A DNA stretch of 64,000 bases, taken from NCBI RefSeq assembly GCF_036321535.1, contig NC_087437.1, positions 15,006,001 to 15,070,000 on the forward strand, given 5' to 3'. Positions within the stretch are counted from its first letter, which is position 1, and each line of letters opens with the position of its first letter. Source of the stretch: Camelus dromedarius (taxonomy: Eukaryota). The position numbers and the translations under genes are program-made. The notes below the pieces were generated by a model that was given only the letters and a program-made list of their open reading frames with translations, was not told the DNA's origin and did not search any database. Shown here piece after piece: positions 1 to 13,134 of the stretch.

Positions 1-2083
1 TGTGGGGGGATGTGAGTGTGCGCGGCGTGTGTGCACAGGTGGGGTTCTGTGCATGGGGAGAACTCTGTGTGTGTGTGTGTGCGCGCGCGTGTGGCTGGCA
101 GGTTTGGGGCTGGCAGACGTGGAATCTAGGGGTGACAACAAGTACAAGGCAGAAGTACAAGGCACCAGAAGACTGTGAACGCTCTCCCGTCTCCCCACAA
201 ACACCAGCTGCAGGAACCTGATGGGCTCTCTGAAGACAAGGTGAGTCTTATCCATGGTCTCACCCCGGAGCCCAGCCCTGTGGGAGCACCCAGGCTGGGT
301 GACAGGACCGAGGGCCCGAGTTGGGAAGATGGCGGCCTCGGCACGGGATGGGGCCCCGTGGCTGGGCTGCAGGGGGGCTCCAGAGCAGGGCGGGCAGAAG
401 TGGCAGAGAGTACAGAGGGCCCAGTCCCTCCCCTGAGCCTTCCTCCATGGCCTCGCCCCAGGCAGCCCTGCTCTGCCTGTCTGGCTCTCACAGTGGTCTC
501 AGCCTTTGCCAGTGGTCAAGCTGCCAGTTAGATGGAAGCTCTTGGGGTACATGCAGGCCTCCGAGAGCAGATATGATTACATTCAGAGTCCAGGAGTCTG
601 CACTGCATGGAGACTCCTCTGAACCACACAGGGTTTGAACTGAACTGACCATATTCAACCCCTGCTCAGACCATCACCTGGCTTCAGAGCATTCTGGAAA
701 GCATCTCCCTGATGCCGACTCCTGGGACCACATCCTCTGCTTCCCTGCCCCCCATGCCTTTCCATCAGCGCCGCACAGAGCAGCAGCCCAGTGTCTTCTG
801 TAGGCCTCCAGGGACAGGTAGCTCCCCCTTCCAGGGGACCCCACGGCAGCCCCCGACTTACATGGAAGGAGGCTGGGAAGGGGATGGGAGCCAATGTGAA
901 CATTGAAGGCACTCCAAGTGGGGCAGGGGGTACTGAGTCCTGGGGGTTTGGGGCCTCCTTTTCTGTCCCTTCCCACTCCTCTGCCACCTCCCACTGGCAC
1001 TAGCACTGGCACTGCCCAGTGGGGATGGACCTTCACTGCCTCTGGCCAGCTTCTGGGCACTGCTGGGGCAGCAGGGCAGAAGTGACCCCGGCCAGGCCCC
1101 GACACACCTCCAGCTGCTCCTGTGCCCATGCTGGTCCCCTGGCCCAGATCGCCCTCCCTCATTGCCTCTCCCAGTCCTCTTTTCCAGGAAGACAGGGGTT
1201 CCTCACCTTTTTTAACGAAAGACTCCTTTGGTGATCTGGTAGAGCCTATGGGCTTCTTTTAAGTGTGTGAAATAAATTACATAGGAATTTTGTATAAAGG
1301 AAACCATTTAGGATTCAGATAGACTTCTACAAATCTTTAAGACACAGACTTGTGACGCGGCAGCACCTCACGGACTCATGGACGTGTTAAGGAGCAAAAG
1401 CTGGCAGCGGGTCTGAACCCCTGAGATACTGAGGTAGGGATGTGTGTAAAGTTCCAGAAACCCACGACCCTGGAAGGTGACAAGAAAGCAGCTGTGACCA
1501 CTGTTGCGATGATGCTGCTAACATCTGGAGTCGTGCTGCCCACGCTCACCGCTGCAGGAAACGCAGGAGACCTGATAGAGGCTAGTGAAGAGACAGGTGG
1601 GGTTTCTTCCCACCTAAGTCCACTGACCGGCCAAACCATCCACGGACTCCTTGGGGGTCTGTGGACCCAGGAGAAGCCCCCTGCTCTGAGGCTTAGCCCT
1701 GTCCCTCTGTGGCTCCTCTGATGATTCTGACTGCCCAGAGCTCCAAGGCATGTGGGTCGGCCCTTTCCTCCGAGCCTGCCTGGACCTCCCAGCTCAAGCA
1801 CAAGGCCTGAAACCCCAAAATGCTGATTAGATAGAATTTCCTGCACCCCCATCCCAAGTTAGGTAAGAGGGAGGGACTGCTGCTTCTCTCGGCCACCTGG
1901 AAGTTGGTGGCTGGACACACACGGCGGGCTCAGGGTCTGCCAGGCTGGTTGCCGTGTGTGGCTAATGCTGACATCTCCCGACACCCTGAGAGTGAGTGCT
2001 CCCTCCCTCCCGTGCTTTAGAGCTCTGGAGGCTCCCTCGCTCCCCATCGGGTGCGTTTATGGCTGCGCTGGCTAGCTGCCCTA

Positions 2084-2398
<315 letters not shown>

Positions 2399-3052
2399 TC
2401 AGGATGCAGGGGGCACAGGGCACAGGCCATAGCCAGGACGCCAGTCCCTGTCCACTCCTTGGCAGTATCGTCCAGTTCAGGAGCAGGTCCTGAGGCAGAG
2501 GGGCTGCTGTCCCTTACCCACCTTTCCCAGTGTCACCACTGTCAGAGCCTACATCTGGAAAGCAGTGCCAGCCACACACCACCTCTCTGGGTTGTCGCAT
2601 CAGCCCCATTTTCCAAATGAGAACACTGAGGTTAAAAGCGGCCCCCCAAGGTCACGTCCTGCAAAGCAGCTGGGCTTTGAGGACATTTTCTTCACTTCAA
2701 GGACAGGATTCTAATAAAGCAGCCTCGAATTCAGACGATTCCCTAAACAGTCAGGAAGCCCTCTGTCCATGACCTGTTGCTTTATCTGACCCATGAGATG
2801 AGCGGACAAGTGCAGGGAAGGGCAGGGTGGGGAGCCCGGTGCCTGGAGGGCAGCCTCTTCAGGGAAAGTGTCACACGACACAGCAACGGCCCGGGGAATT
2901 CTGTGTGTTCATGCCTGGGAACCAGGACCTCACACCGCCACCAGCACAGGCGTTTCACAGGGGCAGGGCAGGTGGGAGCCCAGAGGTGTGCCCAGCCCTT
3001 GCCAACCTGGAAGGCGGGGCTTCAGAGATGAACACCTGTGGGCAGGCGTCTA

Positions 3053-3096
3053 CTGGTGCCTTCAAAGTCTCTGGTGCCTTCAAAGTCTCTGGTGCC
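3053..3096. repeat. 18-bp tandem duplication (ctggtgccttcaaagtct x2.4)
   Basis: Perfect copies at 3053-3070 and 3071-3088, plus a partial copy. Confidence 0.9.
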
Positions 3097-3200
3097 CCAG
3101 AGGTCCTTTCCAGATGCACGAGGACAGGTCAGACAGGGTCCTCACCACGCATGCATCCCAGAACTCCCTGTCCAGGAAGAGCTGCAGCCCCCAGCACCTA

Positions 3201-3455
<255 letters not shown>

Positions 3456-4643
3456 TCAGACACCTGGGAAGGGCGGCGGCACAGGCCTTCCGGAGGATTC
3501 TTGGAGCTGTGCCCTGGGGCCCTGGAAAGACCCTCACGGTGCTGAGCCACCCTCTGGGGACAGCATTCACGGGGTCTGGAAGGCCACTGGGTCATGATTG
3601 CTACACGGACTAGTGGTTTTAGGGCCCACTTGAGAGACCTGACTTTGGAGGCTCAGAGCAGAGTGAGAAGTGGGTGCAGAGGACTTGACTGAGCTTGGAA
3701 ACATTGTGACAACGTGTGTGGGGACCACAGAAGCCCTGAGAGTAGCTCAGAGGAACACGGGAAAGGCCAGAGGGGCTTCCCAGAGCTCTGCAGGAAAGGG
3801 GAGGGGGAAGGTGGCCCCAGGAGCAGACAAAAGCTAGGAGAGCCAGGCAGTTTCAGGGCAGAAGCTGGGACGGGCCTCGCAGAGGAGCAGTCATAGTGCG
3901 AAGCCCAAGGGGAGGGGAGCTCGCTGTCCTGGGAACCTGGGCTTCCCATAGCCTGAGCTCCCTTCTGCTCAGCATCAGGCTGCAGGAGCTCCAGCCCTTG
4001 CAGGGCCAAGCTCCCATCTCAGGTGTGCAGGGAGCCTGCAGTCAGGGGGGGCAGTGGAAGGAGGGGGCGAGCAGAGCTGGAGGCAGCAGGCCGGGGAATC
4101 CTCCCACCACAGGCATGACGGCAGCCCACAGGCTGACCAGGTGTGTGCCAGCACACCTGCCTGGGCAGTAAGGCTCACCCCCAGCCCCACGAGCCTCCCT
4201 CAGGGCAGTGCAATTGCTCTCAAGAACAGCTGCTTTGGCCAGAAGTGCAGCCCATCCCCGGTTCTCCTGGACCTCTCAGGCCTCGCCTCCCTGGGAGCCC
4301 TGTGACGAGTTGGGATGTCCGCTGGCAAAACCACGGCTGCCAGGTCAGGGTTGGCCCAGAGACCAGAGTCTTCTCCCATCTTGACACACACAGAGAAGTC
4401 ACTTCCTAGGGCTCCTTCTGGCAGCCAGGGCACTGGAGGGCCCCAAAGGCCTGGTGAGCATCTGCCCCCACTCCACACATGGGCCCCTGCTCTGGGCAGG
4501 GCCACCCCAGTCTTGTACATTGGACCTGTTGCAGGAGTCGGGGGGGGGGTTCAAAGGCAACTCACCCCCCCGCCGCCCCCAGGGCACCTGCCTTCCTGCA
4601 TCGAGAGGACCAGCATGTACATGTGCACATGCAGGCATGCACG

Positions 4644-4651
<8 letters not shown>

Positions 4652-4695
<44 letters not shown>
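4652..4695. repeat. (CA)22 microsatellite
   Basis: Directly visible; preceded by mostly alternating purine-pyrimidine sequence from ~4614. Confidence 0.95.
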
Positions 4696-4698
<3 letters not shown>

Positions 4699-4751
4699 TG
4701 CAGCCTGGCTGGGGCTGTGAGCCCCTTGAGCTGCCCTGCGCCCAGCACTCA

Positions 4752-4874
<123 letters not shown>

Positions 4875-5042
4875 TCACAGGGAAGGCAGGAAGCTCAGGG
4901 GGGCGGTGAAGACATGGTGGGACTGGGGGGATCCAGGGTCTGCGATGCTGGAAGCTCTGGCCACGCATGGGCTCTCAGTGCCCCAGGCGACTGGTCCCAA
5001 GGAGCCCTCCCAGTCCTCCCAGGTCTCAAGTCAGTCACTCAC

Positions 5043-5096
5043 CGTACGATCCTCCAAGTACATGGTCTTTGACAAGAAGTCAATCCCAATGGTTGC
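5043..5096 (-). CDS. RAB6B: RAB6B coding exon 3 (ATIGIDFLSKTMYLEDRT), switch I with T45
   Basis: 54 nt; acceptor cttttctctaacAG; donor GTGAG; Rab effector-loop motif TIGIDF. Confidence 0.97.
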
Positions 5097-5989
5097 CTGT
5101 TAGAGAAAAGCATAGAAAAGTCAAAACCGAAAGGTCTCAGGGAAAAGGGCAAAAGCTCAGTGATCCAGGCAGGGACACAGCCAGCCAAAGGGGACCCCAC
5201 GCCAAGCCTCATGTGGGTTCGCTCTGCTGCTCCCACACCCCCTAACTCAACAGTGAGCCCACTGGCCCCTCTCAGAAAAAGTGAGTCTGAGCTCAAAAAG
5301 AATAAGGATAGGTTTTTTTTGAGAGTGATACCCTTTGGAGAGAAAGAGAGAAGTACTTTGGATGGGGATGAGAGCGGGTGAGGCGGCTTCCCCAGGAACA
5401 AGGCCACTGGACCGGGTATCTCCTGCCCCACTTGGATGGGGGCCTGGAGGCAGGAGCTGGGTGGCCTCCCAGCCCCAGCCTGCTTGGCCCCACCTCCCTC
5501 TGTCCCTCCACGCTCCCAAAGCCTATCTGCTCAGCCCTGGAAATCAGGCGCCCAGCTTGGGTTCACTGCTGCCCAGGTGGGAGGGGGTGGAGTGGGAGCA
5601 GGGCATCCTGCTGTGGTGTGGGGATGGAGAGCAGCTGGCTTTCCCCAGGGGCATCGCAATCACCCACAGCAGCATCTCGCTGGGAAACCCCACTGGCTCT
5701 TTTCTATCCAAACCACACACTGGAAGCCAACTCTCCTTAGCACCCCTATGCCATGCCTATGCCCGCTCTGTCCCAGCACCAGGAAGGGTAGCTGGGCAGA
5801 GTATAGTCAGCCTTGTGGCCAGATGGCTGGGACCCACCACTTCCTTGCTGTGTGGCCTGAGGCAGGCCACCCAACCTCTCTGGGCCTCACCTGCACCCAG
5901 TGTTTGTGACAGGAGCTAAGATGCTGTCAGTATGAAATAGTCACTGTTATGTAGTTAATAATAATGGAGATTCAGACACAGCCTGAATG

Positions 5990-6420
5990 TCAGGACACTG
6001 GTTAAGTCCAGAGTAGTTCATCCAAATGATTAGAAACCTTGGCAGCCATTAAAAATCACGTTCTTCAAAAATATTTAAGGATCTGGGGAAATGGTCCTCA
6101 GGTGAAAAAAAGCAGGTTACAAAACATCATGCAGTGTGACCCCAATTTGATTAACTGAAGTGGACATTTTTTTATAAGTATTTTTCATATTTTCTTAGAC
6201 GTTGAAGTGTAGGGAATACACTGAGGCCTTAACAGAGCCAGTCTCTGAGTACTGGTGGGTGGGTGATTTTTTTGCTTCCTTCATCATACTTTTATCTGTT
6301 TTCTTTTTTCTTTTTTTTTTTTTGCAAGGGGAGGTAATTGGGTTTATACTTTTCTCTGTTTTCTACAATGAACATATAATAGTTCCAGAAATATTTTAGA
6401 AGAAAAACAAAGTTTAAAAA
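5990..6420 (+). mobile_element. Ancient L1 (L1ME-type) 3' end
   Basis: gcagccattaaaaat...aaaaaaagcaggttacaaaac...ttttctacaatgaacat pattern typical of L1ME 3'UTRs. Confidence 0.6.
6305..6345 (-). mobile_element. 41-bp headless SINE (3' tail only)
   Basis: Minus strand aaacccaattacctccccttgc + A-tail matches the tails of the SINEs at 9240 and 9736; 19-bp TSD atactttt(a/c)tctgttttct at 6286-6304 and 6346-6364. Confidence 0.75.
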
Positions 6421-7084
6421 GTAAGCTTAATTGAATGGAAAATTGCACAGTGACTTCGGACTACAAAGCCACAGCCAGGGAAGCCCAAGGAAACAGAGAA
6501 AGCCATGTCCGCAGGCCCCCCAGATGACTGTATGCACATGCATGTACCCCCCACTCCCACCCCTTCCACAAAGGAGTTAAGGTGGCTGCGTCCTCCTGGA
6601 AGCTGGCCTTAAAGCAAAGATGGGGAGTGTCAAGGAATCATACAATTCTAGAACATGTATGCTAAGCAAACACGTTAGACACAACCCAGGCCCCTACTTT
6701 GGAGACCAGGAAAGTTAAAGCACATGCCTGTGTGACTCTGTCAATCAGTGGTAGAGCTGGGAGGATCGGCGTTAAAATCTTGGCATCACTTGGGCTCTTT
6801 CAACCCCAGCTTTGCACACCCTCCCCGCATGGTGTAGCCACTGGGGAATAAGTCTCGAATTAATGAGCAGCTTGTGGACTGAGCCTTGTTCCTTAATAGT
6901 CACACAATATTCATTTATTGGTATATGTTAGAGCAACAGTCCTTGTCTGCTGATATCCACAAGGAGAAATGTACAGAGCAGGTGGACATGTCTCAACTCC
7001 AGTGCTCAGGGGCTCCCCAGGGAGGGCCAGGCTCCTTCTGCAAAGTGACCCCTGAACTAAAAAGCAGGTGCATGAGCTGAGGTT

Positions 7085-7540
7085 TGGTAGCAGGGACTGC
7101 TGGCTGTCCCCCAACATGCAGTCTCCTTTTCTACAGTAATAGGACTCTGAATGTGTAGATGGACTCCTGGCTGCCCCAAATAAAGATGGTATTTCCCAGC
7201 TTCCCTTGTAGCTGGATGGCCAAGTTCTGATCAATGGGATGTGAAGGTGACATATGCATCTTCTAGGATGGGTCCTTCCTGGGGACATGGGGAAGTACCC
7301 ACAGTTGCCCCTTTCCCTTTCCCACCACTTGGAATGAAGACAGGTGATAATAAATCACATTGGCCCATTCAGATGACAGATGCACGAGACAGGAAGCCTG
7401 AGTTCCTGCCCGGTAGAGCCTCCTCACCAGCCTTGGACTGCTCACACCCAGACTCTGTGCGACAGACAACTGAACTTCTACCTTGCTTAAGCCACTGTTA
7501 TTTTGGGTTTCTTTTAACGTAGCCTAACTCTAACCTGATA
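7085..7540 (+). mobile_element. Old MaLR LTR (MLT1J-like)
   Basis: tttcccagcttcccttgtagctgg...ttgcttaagccactgttattttggg 3'-end pattern. Confidence 0.6.
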
Positions 7541-9076
7541 GAGCAAACAAGCACAGAGAAACATGACCCTCAACGGTAGGCAGCAGGGGTTCCTGATCGT
7601 GTTCTTGATGATGATGTAACAATGACGACTCATTTCACATCATGTGTGCTTCCACGGAGGACAGAGAAATCACCAGATGCTAAGACAAAGACTGTGCCAT
7701 TTGGATCAAGCCCTAATAAAGCTCAGCCCAGTGGTCTCCGTAATCATAAACACCATTTACTGGACACACACGTACTTTATTACCCCTCACAATAGCCTGA
7801 CCAAATCAGTGGTGATGAGGAATTTAAGGTCAACTTCCTATCGCTTCAGCTCTCTCCCACCTTTATTCCCATTCTCATGCTTCTTCTACACCAGAGAAAC
7901 ACCTGGTTCCTTAACTCCCCACTCCCTCAGACCTGTTCTGGCCACTCTCCCCACCCACCCAGGCTCCTGAGCCACTACAGACCTTCCCACATGTATATAG
8001 ACAGGTGCCAAAGCAGAGCCACTGTCCTTGGATATGGCTGAGCCATCAGCTCTGCTCAAAAACATCTTCCCAAGTTTTACTTCCAATAATGGCTAAGTAA
8101 GCTGGCATCAAACTAACCCTCCCCCAGATAACTATTATCAACTCTGGACAAATACAAGAAATAACAATTTGCAAAACTGACCAAAAACAGGCAGAAAATG
8201 GAGGGGTCACAATCTCTAAAGGAAGAGAAGAGAACTCAGTGAGATCCTACATTTAACCAATTTTTCCCCAAAGTAGCTTTCTAGTCTCACCAAGTTAGAA
8301 GGACTTGGTAAACAACTCAGGCTTTTCATTAGAATCCCAGAAGAGCCAGCCTTGGGAGAAAGCTCATCATCTCAGGACTAAGGAAGGGCTACATCAGAGG
8401 ACTAAGGGAAAAACCCAAAGAGACCTATCTTAACAAAGTTTAAACATGGTAAGTAAACCCTTTCCAAAAAAAAAAAAAAAAAAAACACAAAAAACAAAAA
8501 GAGAATGGCTGCCTATAACCTAATTACCTATTAAAATAAAACTCAACACTCTTCAGAGGATGGTAACAGAATCCAAGAATCTCTAGAATTTATTATTCAC
8601 AATGTCAGTGGACACAATAATAAAGGACTAAACATAAAGAAGCAGGAAATTCAAGCCATAATCAAGAAAAAACTCAGCAGAAGCAGATCCCCAGGTGACT
8701 CATATGTTGGACTGGCAGACAAAGACTTTGTTATAAGTGTGTTAAAAATATAAAGGAAAAGAGTATGATGGGTAAATTTCAAGAGATATATAAAGACGAA
8801 GGACTCAGAAATCTGAACACAAAAAAAACAATATATGAAATGAAAATTCACTAGATTTGAATAACAGCAGCTAGGACACTTCAGAGGAAAGGACAGTGAA
8901 CTTGAAGACAGGCCAGAAGAAACTGTTCAAACTGAAGCACAGATTTTAAAAAGGATGCAATAAAAATGAACAGAACTTCTAGGATGATATAAAATGACCT
9001 GATAAACATGTAGTTGGGGTTTTAGAAAGAGAGTAAAAACAGAATTAGCAAAAAAAGTGTTTTTAAAGCTAGTGGC

Positions 9077-9239
9077 AAAAAAGAAAAAGGGAAGGAAGGA
9101 AGGAAGGAAGGAAGGAAGAAAGAAAGAAAGGAAGAAAGGAAGAAAGAACGGAAGAAAGGAAGGAAGGAAAAGGAAGGAAGGAAGGAAAGGAAGGAAGGAA
9201 GGAAGGAAGGAAGAAAGAAATTAAAAACAAACAAAAAAA
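9077..9239. repeat. (GGAA)n/(GAAA)n purine microsatellite
   Basis: Directly visible; lies between the left TSD and the SINE head. Confidence 0.9.
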
Positions 9240-9378
9240 GGAGGTGGAGGGTATAGCTCAGTGGTAGAATGTGTGCTTAGCATGCCTGAGGTCCTGGATT
9301 CAATCCCCAGTGCCTCCATTAAAACAAACAAACAAATAAATAAATAAGCCTAATTACCTCTCCCCCCGCCCCCCCCCC
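9240..9378 (+). mobile_element. tRNA-Ala-derived SINE (camelid Vic-1-like)
   Basis: A box tagctcagtgg, AGC anticodon arm cttagcatg, B box ggattcaatcc, tail taagcctaattacctc; inserted in an old L1; TSD aaa(g/a)ctagtggc at 9065-9076 and 9379-9390. Confidence 0.85.
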
Positions 9379-9735
9379 AAAACTAGTGGCCAAATATTTT
9401 CTCAATTTGATTAGAAACATCAACCCACAGCTCCAAGCTCAGGGAACCGAAAACAAGATACAGACAACGAAAATCACACCTACATAAGTCACAGTCAAAC
9501 TACTGAAAACTAAAGATACAGAGAAAACCTTAACAGCGGTTAGGAAACAGAAAGACACAATACAAACAAAGGAACAATGACAGGAACGACGACTGATTTC
9601 CCTTCGGAAACAGCTCAGGACAGAAGACAATGCAACAGTATCCTTAAAGTTCTAAAACTACCACCACCACCACCATCACCATCATGTCAACCTAGAATTC
9701 CACAGCCAGTGAAAAGTTCCTTCAACAATGAAGGC

Positions 9736-9962
9736 GAGGGGAGGAGGAGGATATAGTTCAGTGGTAGAGGGCATGCTGAGCATGCCCCGGGTCCTGGGTC
9801 CAATCCCCAGTACCTCCGTTAAAAGAATAAGGAAATAAATATATAAACCTAATCACCTCCGCCTTCAAAAAATAAATAAAATAAAAATAAAGTAAACAAA
9901 TCTATTTTAAAAACTGCTAAGAAAAGTAAGTACGAAAAACTAACAAAAAATATAGTTGAAAG
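9736..9962 (+). mobile_element. tRNA-Ala-derived SINE (Vic-1-like) with a long A-rich tail
   Basis: tRNA head atatagttcagtggtagag...gtcctgggtccaatccccagtacctcc; tail aaacctaatcacctcc; TSD caatgaaggc at 9726-9735 and 9963-9972. Confidence 0.85.
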
Positions 9963-10229
9963 CAATGAAGGCAAAACAAAAACGTTTTCGGGTAAGGGAA
10001 AGCTGTGATCATTTGTCACCAGCGAACCCTCATTACAAGAAACACTTTAGGCTGAAGGGAAATTTTACAGATGGAAGTCTGGACCTTTAAAGAAGGAACA
10101 TAGGAGCACCAGTAGTGGTAAGTCCCAAGCAGGCAATTCGCCCTTGATTACCTTCAGTTTTCATCCTTATCAGCGATAGTTGGTAACATCCTCCCCTTCG
10201 TTTTGCCCTTGCTCCATGCTTCAGGTCAC

Positions 10230-10372
10230 ATCAGGAGCTGGCTAAATATGCAGATTTCGGAGCCTGGCCCAGACAGACAGAATCACAACCTCTGGGGTGT
10301 CAGTCTGGGAATCAGAATTCCTGACAAGCTCTCAGGTAACTCATTTGTGCAGTAAAGTTTGCAAACAGCTGA
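10230..10372. mobile_element. MER5-like DNA transposon
   Basis: atgcagatttcggagcc...cagaatc...acaagctctcaggtaactc...taaagtttgcaaacagctg. Confidence 0.6.
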
Positions 10373-11429
10373 GGAGACTCTGAGTTCATGCAGTGACTGG
10401 TCTGGGGAGGTTGCAGTGTCCTGGAGGAGGGCAGAGTCCCTGCCCGAGGTGAGAGACGGATGGAAATGCCCGTGCCTGCAGAAGGGCTGATCACAGATGG
10501 AGAAGCCAAGGCTCACTCAGAACTGAGGTCATACAGGTGGTGGTGGCAGAGGTAGGACTGGAACCCAGGTCTCCCTGCATGCAAAGCCCCTGCTCTTGAC
10601 TGTTGAGCTGCACTCCCTCTGCTTCCTGAAAACCCTTCATTTCTGAAGCTGTCACTGAATATGTGGGGGGCTCCCAACTGTCAGCATCTTACCGTCATTA
10701 GCCATAATAGCTCAGCAAAGCCCACTTAAGGGGAAGTTCATTTGCATTTTAACAACAACAAAAGAGTCAGCTCTCTAAGGACAGAATAGAAACAAGAACT
10801 TTTAAGATAGCCTTGGTTACCAGAAACTTTATAGCTCCTTGACACCATTTTTTTTTCTCCAAAAATAAGGCACAAATAGTTGGCCCTACGCTGCTGCCAG
10901 CTGGAGCCCATCTCTCCCAGAAGGGCCAGATCTGCAGGGAGAAAGTGGTCACGGTCTTCCCTGGGCAGCGCCTTCCTGGCATTTGGTGTAAGTAATGACT
11001 ACTCATTCATTCATCCACTCTTGAGTGCCTACTCCGTGTTAGACACAGACCAGAACAAGCGCTGGTCCTGGCCTATAAGGAGCTGTTCCGTCCCTGGGGC
11101 TGTCCTTCCACGTGGTCAACACCCATTCAGAGTTCAGGATTCAGCCTTGAACTTCCAACCTTGTGGAGGAGCTAAGATTAGCACACAGAACTGTGGTCCC
11201 TGACAGATGGGAAGGACCAGTGTAGTCAGAGGGGCCCTAAGAGGAAGAGGACCTTGCTTCTGATTGATTTCTTGAGAAAAGTCAGGGCAACTATGCAAGT
11301 CCTTGAGCGAATACTAACTTTCCAGCAGGTGAAGGGGGGAGGTAGTGGAGGGTGGGAGGTCTAGAGGGTAAATCCCAGATGAAGGGAAAGGAAGAGGTCT
11401 GGTTTCCATAAGGGCAGAGCTCCCATCAG

Positions 11430-12305
11430 AATTACCTTGCAGATTATGAGTATAAACTCTGGGAAAATGTAACAAACAACAGTCTGAAGGCACTGGAAAG
11501 TGACCAAAAGCAGGTAGAATCTGGAGGGGAGTCAACACTTAACAGAAGAGAATGGCCCTGGGTGAGGCTCCTGTTTTGATGACTATTCACTCCACCTGAG
11601 GGCAGCACTGGCTGGAGCTCAGGGGAGGCTAAAACCTGGCAAGAAACCCACAGTCCTACTGGTTGAGAAATGAGAGGGCAAATTGTAAAGCTATCATAGC
11701 AGACAGAAAGTGTGGAAAATCCTGGAAATGAGAAAGCCACAGACAGGGCACCCCAAATTCTGCTTGTAAATGCTGCCCAAATCTCTGACCCAAACAAGCC
11801 ACATGCAACCTAAGACTTGAAAACCAAACAGACAAACAAACAAATCTGAACAGAATTTTAAGTTGCTGCCTACCACAAGGAAAAGAAATAAGAATTTGGG
11901 TCCAGCGAACACTCTTCCAAAGAAACAAATGCAGTCCACAGTTTTAATCACAATGTGTAGGATATAACTCAAAACTACTAGACATATGAAGTAAAAGCCA
12001 TATTCAAGACAGAAAGAGAATAAATGGAGACCAGCCCTGAGGTGACCCAGATGTCGCAAGTAGCAAGTATTTTTAAACAGCTAATAGAATTATGCTCAAA
12101 TACATAAAGAAAAATATGCTCAGAATGAAGGTGCAGATTTTTAAATCTCAGCAGAGAAACAGGAGCTATAAAGAAGCAAACACAAATTTGGAACTGAAAC
12201 ATACAGTATCTGAAATTTCTAAATGAATGACAGGCTTAACCAGAGAGAGCAGATGACAGATGAAACAGTCAGTGACCTTGAAAACAGATCAGTAGAAATG
12301 ATGTA
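11430..12305 (+). mobile_element. Ancient L1 5' region/start of ORF1 remnant
   Basis: aaactctgggaaaat...gaccaaaagcaggtagaatctggagggg resembles the start of the 8085 element; ends in ORF1-like cagtgaccttgaaaacagatc. Confidence 0.65.
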
Positions 12306-13134
12306 AAAGGATAATATGGGGACATCAGACAAAAAGAAAAACTAGCTACCCAGGGAGGCCACCCCCTCCTATAAAAGGCCCCAGAAGTCCTAATTTCCTG
12401 TTATGTGACATAACATGCATTCCTGCTCAAAGGTCAAGTCACACGGTGTGAGTGTACTGATGGGCAGGTGTGTATGAGTGGACACATGGTGAGTGGAGTC
12501 ACACTTGTGTGCGTGCAACTGTGTATTTGCATGTCAAAGTATGTGTATGCGGGCAGGAATGGGTGTAAGATGCTTGTGTGGGTATGGGTGTGGGGTGGGG
12601 AGGGAGTCAATTCTGCTTTGGAGGTAAAGCCCAGATGGATGATATGCACACAGCCCTGGTGATGCCAGGAGGCTGAGAGGCTGAGGTGACCAGAAGCCTC
12701 CATGGGGAAAGGGGACAGATTTCTGTCTACAAACCTAGACTCCCTGTCAATGCCCCGAGGGCAGACCACGACCAGCCTCAGAGGATCTGGCATGCAGCTA
12801 GCAGAGTGTCCCACCGAAATGGACCTGCGTGGGGTCATGTGTCCAGAGGGCCCCGGTCTGTTTTCAGTGACTCTGCTGGTGCCTATTGGCAGGGTCTGAA
12901 CGCTGTACAATTGGAAGAACGCTGGGTTGGGAGAGTCCTGGAAAAATGACAGCCCCTGTGGCCCTCAACTTCTCATCTCTAAAAAATGGATACTCATAGC
13001 TTCCTACAAGGACTGTTAGATCAGATGAGTTAGACTGTGTCAAGGTGCTCTGTGGAAACAAAATGAGGACTGACCAACTGACCAAGGGATTTCCAAGAGA
13101 AGGTGCAGAAACTCACCCACCCCCAGGAGAGCCT

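Larger units (their letters stand above)
8085..10120 (+). mobile_element. Ancient L1 5' region/ORF1 remnant (hosts two SINEs)
   Basis: A-rich strand with ORF1-like degenerate sequence (gtgaacttgaagaca, caacctagaattc, ccttcaacaatgaaggc); no intact ORF. Confidence 0.7.

Noticed and set aside
1355..1385. REST/NRSE-like half-sites (cagcacctcacggact; also ggacagc at 49031)
   Set aside because: Spacing and right half do not fit the 21-bp RE1 consensus; short half-sites are common by chance.
3053..3096. CRISPR-like or functional repeat array
   Set aside because: Simple 18-bp tandem duplication with no spacers, in a mammalian intron.
9244..9318. Functional tRNA-Ala genes (also ~9745 and ~59855-59925)
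   Set aside because: Mismatched stems, A-rich tails, TSDs and location inside L1 relics identify them as SINE heads.
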